Notes under the pieces: generated by a model
Databases searched by the model: none
The model's input: only the letters and a program-made list of their open reading frames with translations
What the model was told of the DNA's origin: nothing
Position numbers and translations under genes: made by a program
Part shown: positions 27,462 to 35,989 of the stretch, piece after piece
Numbering within the stretch: position 1 is the first letter of the stretch
How the letters are laid out: each line of letters opens with the position of its first letter
Source of the DNA: Stellaceae bacterium
GTDB taxonomy: Bacteria > Pseudomonadota > Alphaproteobacteria > ATCC43930 > CGMCC-115725
Reading direction: 5' to 3'
NCBI GenBank assembly: GCA_035532975.1
Contig: DATLUT010000113.1
Coordinates: 1 to 38,427 of the forward strand
Length of the DNA stretch: 38,427 nucleotides

Positions 27462-27481
27462 GTTCGAAGGAGACAATTCCG

Positions 27482-27751
27482 ATGTCGATTAGCGTCGCGC
27501 GCAAGCAGGAGCTCGTCTCCGAATATGCGCGCAAAGAGGGCGATACCGGCTCGCCCGAAGTTCAGGTCGCCATCTTCAGCGAGCGCATCCAGAAGCTCAG
27601 TGAGCATCTCGCGACCCACACCAAGGATTTCCATTCGCGCCGTGGTCTGCTGGTCATGGTCGGTCAGCGCCGCAGCCAGCTCGACTATCTGAAGCGCATC
27701 GATGCCGCGCGCTACGAAGGGCTGATCGACCGCTTGGGACTGCGCCGCTGA
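27482..27751 (+). CDS. rpsO: 30S ribosomal protein S15
   Basis: The internal ATG of the track ORF has an AAGGAGA RBS. The 89-aa product is [61 protein letters not shown]. Confidence 0.95.
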   Translation: MSISVARKQELVSEYARKEGDTGSPEVQVAIFSERIQKLSEHLATHTKDFHSRRGLLVMVGQRRSQLDYLKRIDAARYEGLIDRLGLRR

Positions 27752-27765
27752 GACCGCAGTCCTCC

Positions 27766-27783
27766 GGCCGGCGCGCGCCGGCC
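27766..27783 (+). terminator. GC-only perfect palindrome GGCCGGCGC|GCGCCGGCC, 15 nt after the rpsO stop (possible rpsO terminator or processing hairpin; no U-tract)
   Basis: Read directly from the sequence. A second hairpin lies at 27810-27834 (GCGATGG-GCCT-CCATCGC, extended by 3 bp across a 1-nt bulge). Confidence 0.4.
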
Positions 27784-27886
27784 ATGACGACACACCGCAC
27801 GGACGATGCCGCGGCGATGGGCCTCCATCGCGCGCTGTTTGGCGGCATTCCTTTCACCAGAGAGAGCAAAGAGAGAGAGATCGACG

Positions 27887-30043
<2,157 letters not shown>

Positions 30044-30116
30044 TCATTCGGGGTTGACCGCTCCATCGGCCTGCCCCAGATAGGCAGCGAAAGGGCATCG
30101 CAGAGAGGGTCATGGC

Positions 30117-31514
30117 GTGAAGGCGCTGAACACGCTCAGGATTTCGGGTCGCGACGTCCTGCCGCTGGTCGAAGGCGGCAAGGGCATCTCGATCTCGAAT
30201 GGCGAAAGCTCCGGCGCCTGGGCGGCGTGCGGCGGCGTCGGTACGTTCTCCGGCGTCAACGCCGATTCCAAGGACGCGCAGGGCCGCACCATCGCCCAGA
30301 TCTATCACGGCAAGACAAGGCGCGAGCGGCACGAGGAGCTGGTGCGCTATGCCATCGCCGGCGGCATCCACCAGGCGAAAGTCGCGTACGAGCAGGCCTC
30401 GGGCGAAGGCCGCCTGCACATGAACATCCTGTGGGAGATGGCGGCGGCCGAGCGCATCCTTTATGGCGTGCTCGAAGGCACCAAGGGCCTCGTCAACGGC
30501 GTCACCTGCGGTGCCGGCATGCCCTATCGCATTGCCGAGATCTGCGCGCGCTACGGTGTCCATTATTATCCGATCGTCTCGTCGGCGCGGGCGTTCCGCG
30601 CCCTCTGGAAGCGCGCCTACCACAAGTTCCGTGAGTGGCTCGGCGCGGTGGTCTACGAGGATCCCTGGCTCGCCGGCGGCCATAACGGCATCACCAACAG
30701 CGAAGATCCCGAGCAGCCCGAGCCGCCCTTCCCGCGCGTCTACGCGCTCCGGCAGATGATGCGCGAGTTCGGCCTGGGCGAGACGCCGATCGTCATGGCC
30801 GGCGGCGTCTGGTGCCTCAAGGATTGGGAAGACTGGATCGGCAATCCCGATCTCGGCCCGATCGCCTTCCAGTTCGGCACCCGCGCCCTCCTCACCCGCG
30901 AAAGCCCGATCTCCGACGCGTGGAAGCACAAGCTGCTGTCCCTCAAAGAGGGCGACATCCGGCTGCAGCGCTTCAGCCCGACCGGATTCTATTCCTCGGC
31001 GGTGCGCAACAATTTCCTCGCCGAGCTCGAGGAGCGTTCCGAGCGCCAGATCCCGTATTCGATCGAGGCGGTCGGCGACCACTTGGCGACGCTCGAGGTT
31101 GGCGCGCGCAAGCGCATCGTCTATGTCACGCCGCACGACCGCGAGCGCGCGCTCATTTGGGTGGCGCAGGGCTTCACCGAGGCGCTGCGGACGCCGGACT
31201 CGACTCTCGTCTTCGTGGCGCCGCGCAAGGCGCTCGAGATCCGCAACGACCAGATCAATTGCATGGGCTGCCTGTCGGCGTGCCTGTTCTCGAACTGGGC
31301 GCAGAACGAGGAAGGCACCACCGGCAAGAAGGCCGACCCGCGCAGCTTCTGCATCCAGAAGACGCTGCAGAACATCGCCCATAGCGAGGACGTTGAGTTC
31401 CAGCTCATGTTCTCGGGCCACAACGCCTATCGTTTCGCCACCGACCCGTTCTACGCCAACGGCTTCATCCCCTCGGTGCGCGACCTGGTCGAGCGGTTGC
31501 AGACCGGCAACTGA
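30117..31514 (+). CDS. TIM-barrel flavoprotein of the nitronate monooxygenase (2-nitropropane dioxygenase-like) family; long form with a C-terminal Cys cluster
   Basis: The GTG start has a GAGAGGG RBS. The pattern is ...VNGVTCGAGMP...PIVMAGGVW...FQFGTRALLT. The C-terminal third contains CMGCLSAC...(22 aa)...C. The family call is from memory. Confidence 0.65.
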   Translation: MKALNTLRISGRDVLPLVEGGKGISISNGESSGAWAACGGVGTFSGVNADSKDAQGRTIAQIYHGKTRRERHEELVRYAIAGGIHQAKVAYEQASGEGRLHMNILWEMAAAERILYGVLEGTKGLVNGVTCGAGMPYRIAEICARYGVHYYPIVSSARAFRALWKRAYHKFREWLGAVVYEDPWLAGGHNGITNSEDPEQPEPPFPRVYALRQMMREFGLGETPIVMAGGVWCLKDWEDWIGNPDLGPIAFQFGTRALLTRESPISDAWKHKLLSLKEGDIRLQRFSPTGFYSSAVRNNFLAELEERSERQIPYSIEAVGDHLATLEVGARKRIVYVTPHDRERALIWVAQGFTEALRTPDSTLVFVAPRKALEIRNDQINCMGCLSACLFSNWAQNEEGTTGKKADPRSFCIQKTLQNIAHSEDVEFQLMFSGHNAYRFATDPFYANGFIPSVRDLVERLQTGN

Positions 31515-31587
31515 GGGCGGTGGCGGTCGGTAACGGGCCGCCAACGGCCCTAAATCTGTCCTTTGCCGACGAGCCGTTCTGAGCTAA

Positions 31588-31604
31588 CTTAGAGGCACTC
31601 TATC
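31588..31604. promoter_or_regulatory. ICE-like (Irr-box-like) palindrome CTTAGAG-GCA-CTCTATC upstream of irr
   Basis: The perfect inverted repeat TAGAG-N3-CTCTA has the same geometry as the ICE core TAGAA-N3-TTCTA. It ends 39 nt before the irr ATG. Confidence 0.3.
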
Positions 31605-31642
31605 CTTGGCGTCCGACCTGTCCCATCCCATATAAGCGAGCG

Positions 31643-32071
31643 ATGACCCGTCCCTTTGCCAACGCGCTCGAATTGCTCCGTGCCGCGCGATTGCGGCCGA
31701 CGCGCCAACGCCTCGCGCTGGCGCGGCTGCTGTTCGAGAAGGGCGACCGCCACGTCGCGGCCGAGGAGCTGCATGGTGAGGCGCTAGCGGCGCAGATTCC
31801 GGTCTCGCTGGCCACCGTCTACAACACGCTGCACCAGTTTGTCGGTGCCGGCTTGCTGCGCGAGGTGGTGATCAATTCCGGCCGCTCCTATTTCGACACC
31901 AACGTTAGCGACCACCACCATTTCTTCTACGAAGACAGCGGCAAGCTCCGTGACATCCCCGGCGACAGCATCGCCGTCAGCAACGTGCCGCCGCCGCCCG
32001 AGGGCGGCTCGATCCGCCGCGTCGACGTGATCGTCCGGATCGAAAAAGCCGCCCAAAAGGGCCGCGCTTAG
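31643..32071 (+). CDS. irr: Iron response regulator Irr (Fur family)
   Basis: The pattern LRPTRQR.AL..LLF.KG.RH..AE.L..EA....IPVSLATVYNTL.QF..AGLLREV......SYFDTNVSDHHHFFYE closely follows the Bradyrhizobium/Rhizobium Irr sequences I remember, including the HHH motif. Confidence 0.85.
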   Translation: MTRPFANALELLRAARLRPTRQRLALARLLFEKGDRHVAAEELHGEALAAQIPVSLATVYNTLHQFVGAGLLREVVINSGRSYFDTNVSDHHHFFYEDSGKLRDIPGDSIAVSNVPPPPEGGSIRRVDVIVRIEKAAQKGRA

Positions 32072-32110
32072 CCAATCTTTCGCCATAACTAGTCGGCCTT
32101 TAGGCCATAG

Positions 32111-32127
32111 ACTAGAGCTATTCTAAA
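32111..32127. promoter_or_regulatory. ICE-like Irr box ACTAGAG-CTA-TTCTAAA just upstream of the rubrerythrin promoter
   Basis: The right half, TTCTAAA, matches the remembered ICE consensus TTTAGAA-N3-TTCTAAA at 7 of 7 positions; the left half matches at 4 of 7. TTGACT lies at 32131-32136 and CATATA at 32154-32159 (17-nt spacer), and both follow the box. Confidence 0.45.
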
Positions 32128-32219
32128 CTGTTGACTCAGGCATCCGGCGGGTTCATATAGAGCGCGTGGCGGACGCAATGCGTCTGCCGGCCCGTTTTCC
32201 AACCCCGAGGAGGCTTGCA

Positions 32220-32636
32220 ATGGCACTCAAAGGCTCGAAGACCGAGCAGAACCTGAAGGATGCGTTTGGCGGCGAGAGCATGGCCAACCGTCGCTATCTC
32301 TATTTCGCCCAGAAGGCCGACGTCGAAGGCTTCAACGATGTGTCGGCGGTGTTCCGGTCGACCGCGGAGGGCGAAACCGGCCACGCCCACGGCCATCTCG
32401 AGTTCCTCGAGGAGGTCGGCGATCCGGCGACCGGCAAGCCGATCGGCGACACCAAGAAGAATCTCGGCGCGGCGATCGCCGGCGAGACCCACGAATACAC
32501 CGACATGTATCCGGGCATGGCGAAGACCGCGCGCCAGGAAGGCTTCGAAGAGATCGCCGACTGGTTCGAGACGCTCGCGAAGGCCGAGAAGTCCCATGCC
32601 GGGCGCTTCCAGAAGGCGCTCGATAGCCTGGGCTGA
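32220..32636 (+). CDS. rbr: Rubrerythrin-family diiron protein without a rubredoxin domain
   Basis: The start is trimmed to MALKGSKTEQNLKDAFGGESMANRRYLYFA, with a GAGGAGG RBS. ExxH motifs (ETGH, EKSH) and the additional Glu ligands of a four-helix-bundle erythrin are present. Length 138 aa. Confidence 0.9.
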   Translation: MALKGSKTEQNLKDAFGGESMANRRYLYFAQKADVEGFNDVSAVFRSTAEGETGHAHGHLEFLEEVGDPATGKPIGDTKKNLGAAIAGETHEYTDMYPGMAKTARQEGFEEIADWFETLAKAEKSHAGRFQKALDSLG

Positions 32637-32656
32637 TCCGGCCCGACCATCGCTGC

Positions 32657-32689
32657 GGGGAGCGCTGCGGCGCTCCTCGCCATTTTTTT
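32657..32689 (+). terminator. Rho-independent terminator after rbr
   Basis: The stem GGGGAGCGC-TGCG-GCGCTCCTC has 9 bp including one G-U pair. It is followed by GCCA and T7. Confidence 0.7.
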
Positions 32690-32712
32690 GTTAGACCGGT
32701 TAGGAACCTTCA

Positions 32713-34068
32713 ATGCGGGAAGGCAGCCTCGACGCGCCGACGCGCCACGCAATTCCGTGGCAGGACGCCGACTTTTACGATCCGGCCAAGGTCGAAGCGG
32801 AGATGCACCGCATCTTCGAGATCTGCCACGGCTGCCGGCGCTGCTTCAATCTGTGCGACAGCTTCCCGCGGCTCTTCGACATGATCGACGCGAGCCCGAA
32901 CGAGCTCGAAGGCGTCGACCGCAAGGACTACGCCAAGGTCGCCGACGCCTGCACGCTCTGCGACATGTGCTTCATGACCAAGTGCCCGTACGTTCCGCCG
33001 CACCAGTTCAATCTCGATTTTCCGCACACCATGCTGCGCTATCGCGCCGCGCAGCTGAAGGCGGGGCAGGGTGAGTTCGCCCAGCGGCAACTGGCCGAGA
33101 CCGATCGCAACGGCCGGCTGGCCGGCGCGGTGGCGCCGCTCGCCAACTGGGCGAGCAAGACCGGCAACGGGCTGACCCGGCCGGCGATGGAGAAGGTCGC
33201 GGGCGTCGATCGCCGCGCCGACCTGCCGCAATTCCACGGCCGCACCTTCGTCATGCGCGCCAAGGACAATGCGCCGACGGTGGACAAGGATGCGCCGGCC
33301 TTCGGTCGCAAGGCGCTGATCTACGCGACCTGTTTCGTCAACTACAACCATCCGCGCATCGGCGAGGCGTTGCGCGCGATCCTGGCCAAGAATGGCGTCG
33401 CGACCGAGGTCGCCTATCCCGGCTGTTGCGGCATGCCGCAATTCGAGCGCGGCGACGTCGCGCGCGTCGCCGCGATGGCCAAGCGCGTGGCCCAGGCGCT
33501 GCGGCCTCGAATCGAGGCAGGCTACGATGTGGTGGCACCGGTGCCGTCCTGCGCGCTGATGCTCAAGTTCGAATGGCCGCTGCTGCTGCCCGGCGACGAG
33601 GACGTAAAGGTCCTCGCCCGCGCCACCTTCGACGCCAGCGAATACCTGGTGGCGATCGCCAAGAAGGAAGGCCTCGCCGGCGGTTTGTCGGCGCTCGCGG
33701 GCGGCGTTGCCGTCCACATCGCCTGCCACGCGCGGGCGCAAAACATGGGCCAGAAGGCGGCGGAGCTGCTGCGCCTGCTGCCGTCGACCGAACTCAGCGT
33801 GATCGAGCGCTGCTCCGGCCACGGCGGCTCGTGGGGCGTGATGAAGGCGAATTTCGATACCGCGATCAAGGTCGGCAAGCCGGTCGCGCGTACCGCCGCC
33901 AAGGCGGACAAGGCCTATCTCGCCTCGGAATGCCCGCTCGCCGCGATGCATATCCGCCAGGGCATGGCGGCGCTCGGCACCGACGGCAAGGCGCCCGCCG
34001 AGACCTATCATCCGATCGAGCTCATGGCGCTCGCTTACGGCGTTTTGCCCGAGGAGAAGACCGCATGA
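32713..34068 (+). CDS. HdrD/GlpC-like (Fe-S)-binding protein with two ferredoxin-type clusters and two CCG domains
   Basis: CHGCRRCFNLC and CTLCDMCFMTKCP form the 2x[4Fe-4S]-type motifs. CCG domain 1 is ATCF...YPGCCGMP. CCG domain 2 is the variant HIACH...ERCSGHGG. Length 451 aa. Confidence 0.85.
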   Translation: MREGSLDAPTRHAIPWQDADFYDPAKVEAEMHRIFEICHGCRRCFNLCDSFPRLFDMIDASPNELEGVDRKDYAKVADACTLCDMCFMTKCPYVPPHQFNLDFPHTMLRYRAAQLKAGQGEFAQRQLAETDRNGRLAGAVAPLANWASKTGNGLTRPAMEKVAGVDRRADLPQFHGRTFVMRAKDNAPTVDKDAPAFGRKALIYATCFVNYNHPRIGEALRAILAKNGVATEVAYPGCCGMPQFERGDVARVAAMAKRVAQALRPRIEAGYDVVAPVPSCALMLKFEWPLLLPGDEDVKVLARATFDASEYLVAIAKKEGLAGGLSALAGGVAVHIACHARAQNMGQKAAELLRLLPSTELSVIERCSGHGGSWGVMKANFDTAIKVGKPVARTAAKADKAYLASECPLAAMHIRQGMAALGTDGKAPAETYHPIELMALAYGVLPEEKTA

Positions 34069-34655
34069 CCCAATTCCGCGAACTCACCCGTGCCGACATC
34101 CTGCCGATGGAGCAATACGAGCGCGACCGGCGCAGCTATCGCCAGCGCATTACCGCGATCAAGAAGAACCGCCGCGCCGAAGTCGGCCCGCTGGCGACCT
34201 TCTACTTCGAGAATTTCGACACCATGTGGCATCAGGTGCACGAGATGCTGGTGGTCGAGCGCGGCGGCGAGGCGCAGATCGCCGACGAGCTCGCCGCCTA
34301 CAATCCGCTCATCCCCAAGGGCGACGAGCTGATCGCGACGGTGATGTTCGAGATCGACGATCCGGTGCAGCGCGCCCGCATGCTCGGCCAGCTCGGCGGC
34401 GTCGAGAACCGGATGTACATCGCCTTCGCCGGCGAGAAGATCGTCGGCGAGCCGGATCCGACGCGCGAGAACACCTCGCCCGACGGCAAGGCCTCGTCAG
34501 TCCAGTTCATGCGCTTTCCCGTCACCCGCGCGCAGAAGGACAAGTTCCGCACGCCCGGCACGCGGGTCGAAATCGGCATCGAGCATCCGAACTATCATCA
34601 CATCGCGGTGCTGAGCGAAGCCGCCCGCGCGACGCTGGCCGGCGATCTGGCCTGA
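34065..34655 (+). CDS. DUF3501-family protein
   Basis: The ATG overlaps the stop of the Fe-S gene (ATGA). The 196-aa product is MTQFRELTRADILPMEQYERDRRSYRQRI...FYFENFDTMWHQVHEMLVVE...VQFMRF. The family assignment is from memory. Confidence 0.75.
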   Translation: MTQFRELTRADILPMEQYERDRRSYRQRITAIKKNRRAEVGPLATFYFENFDTMWHQVHEMLVVERGGEAQIADELAAYNPLIPKGDELIATVMFEIDDPVQRARMLGQLGGVENRMYIAFAGEKIVGEPDPTRENTSPDGKASSVQFMRFPVTRAQKDKFRTPGTRVEIGIEHPNYHHIAVLSEAARATLAGDLA

Positions 34656-34662
34656 AGCTCGC

Positions 34663-34703
34663 CGGCCGGCCGGTCCGGCCGCAGCCTCCCCCATATTTTT
34701 TTT
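34663..34703 (+). terminator. GC hairpin (CGGCCGG-CCGGT-CCGGCCG) followed 14 nt later by T8; atypical terminator geometry
   Basis: Read directly from the sequence. The distance between the stem and the T-run is too long for a textbook intrinsic terminator. Confidence 0.3.
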
Positions 34704-34793
34704 CGCGATGATCTTAATCGCGCGCTCGCGCGTTACCAGATCGTCAAAAGGACCGGCAAGCACCTTGCCGGCCTTGTGGGTAGGAGGTAACCG

Positions 34794-35165
34794 ATGTGCG
34801 ACTATTCCCTCGAAGCGTACAGGACACGGCCGGCGCGGGAAGGCGAGCGTTACGTGACGACCCGCTTCGGCAGCGGCTCGATGGGGGTGGCGGCGCCGGG
34901 CGATGCGTCGATCCCGGTGTGCGTGCCCTGCGACACGGCTTTGCGGCTTGAAGGCATACCCGCCGAGGTGCAGGAACGGCATGGCCTGCACGCGATCGAG
35001 GACGCAACTTTCGTACATCTCGACCGCGGCGCCTGGCGCGACGGCGTGCGGTTCCGGAACGGAGCGACGCTCTCGCTTCAGCTGCTCCCGGCGGGCATCA
35101 GCGTGATGGTCACCGGTCTGCTCGAAAACGCGTTCCGCCGTTTCGAAGGCGCAACGGCGCTCTAA
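34794..35165 (+). CDS. Conserved-looking hypothetical protein starting MCDYSL (123 aa)
   Basis: A strong RBS (TAGGAGG) lies 7 nt upstream, and G/C-rich third positions are typical of the host. I recall MCDYSL-initiated proteins of this size in Rhizobiales but know no function for them. Confidence 0.6.
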   Translation: MCDYSLEAYRTRPAREGERYVTTRFGSGSMGVAAPGDASIPVCVPCDTALRLEGIPAEVQERHGLHAIEDATFVHLDRGAWRDGVRFRNGATLSLQLLPAGISVMVTGLLENAFRRFEGATAL

Positions 35166-35263
35166 CGGTCGAACCCGGGGCTGCTCGGGCGGCATAAGCC
35201 CGGGCGGCACGGGCGCGTGGTGCCTTCCAACAAACGGCGCGGCACGCATGGCCGCGACCGAAG

Positions 35264-35416
35264 TCAGGTGACGTGCGCCAGCACGTAATAGATCACATAG
35301 AACCAGCTCAGAAATCCGTCGATCACCGCCCAGATCACGCTCTTGTTCGTGGTCCAGGACATGGCGATGGCGAGCGCATTGCCGAAGGTGACGCCGTAAT
35401 GAACGTAATAGTACAT
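35264..35416 (-). CDS. Hypothetical 50-aa aromatic-rich two-helix membrane peptide
   Basis: The internal start of track ORF 35264..35596 has a GAGGAG RBS (complement of 35422-35427). The product is MYYYVHYGVTFGNALAIAMSWTTNKSVIWAVIDGFLSWFYVIYYVLAHVT. Confidence 0.5.
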   Translation of the reverse strand: MYYYVHYGVTFGNALAIAMSWTTNKSVIWAVIDGFLSWFYVIYYVLAHVT

Positions 35417-35495
35417 GCCGGTCTCCTCGGTTTTGGCGGTGGGCGTCGTAAACGCGTGGTGTGCGGCGGTGATCGCGCGCTGCCGGGGGTATCCG

Positions 35496-35981
35496 CTATT
35501 CGACGGTCTCGTCGGGCGTGACGCCCCAGATTTCGCTGCGCAGCAGCCAGCCGCGGACGACACGATGGCCGCGGGTTTCGATCCGGCACCACGCATTGCG
35601 GCACTCGAGCAGATTGGCGATGACGCCCGGCTCGAGCTTGGCCAGAGCCGGTGAATCGCGCGCCGGCTCCTGGTAGATCGTGCGCGTATCGACCCGGATG
35701 ATCACGGTCCGCATCGGGCTCAGAAGCCGGATGTGGATCCAGCCTTCGCTGCCCTGCCAGTCGCGCACCCGCCGCCAGACGTCGTAGCCGGCAATGACCT
35801 CGACCGGCAGCCCCTGGCGCCGATAGACCCAGCGGATCGGATATTGCTCGCCCGGGCCGGCGCGCAGGTTCACCTCGTTCGACCGCAGGCTCATGAATTT
35901 GGGGTAGTTGGGCTTGTCGGCGGCCGCCGCCGGCAGCGCGAGGGCGCAAGCCAGCAGCAGGGCGGCGACGACGCGGAGCAT
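35496..35981 (-). CDS. Secreted bacterial SH3-like domain protein (DUF1058 type)
   Basis: The start is trimmed to MLRVVAALLLACALALPAAAA/DKP, giving a signal peptide. This is followed by ...VNLRAGPGEQYPIRWVYRRQGLPVEVI...WRRVRDWQGSEGWIH. Confidence 0.75.
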   Translation of the reverse strand: MLRVVAALLLACALALPAAAADKPNYPKFMSLRSNEVNLRAGPGEQYPIRWVYRRQGLPVEVIAGYDVWRRVRDWQGSEGWIHIRLLSPMRTVIIRVDTRTIYQEPARDSPALAKLEPGVIANLLECRNAWCRIETRGHRVVRGWLLRSEIWGVTPDETVE

Positions 35982-35989
35982 CGCGCGGT

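Noticed and set aside
27859-27880. The (GA)n tract AGAGAGAGCAAAGAGAGAGAGA, considered as a microsatellite, phase-variation or CRISPR-like repeat.
   Set aside because: It is a single short tract in a 5' UTR with no spacer-repeat organisation, and it is not within a coding frame where slippage would switch expression. It is treated as part of the pnp leader finding instead.
31631-31645. A leaderless irr mRNA: the TATAAG hexamer ends 6 nt before the ATG, and no clear SD is present.
   Set aside because: No acceptable -35 element lies at 16-18 nt; the nearest, TTGGCG, is 20 nt away. The -10 is therefore unsupported, and a weak GCGAG SD-like sequence cannot be excluded. This needs TSS mapping before any claim is made.
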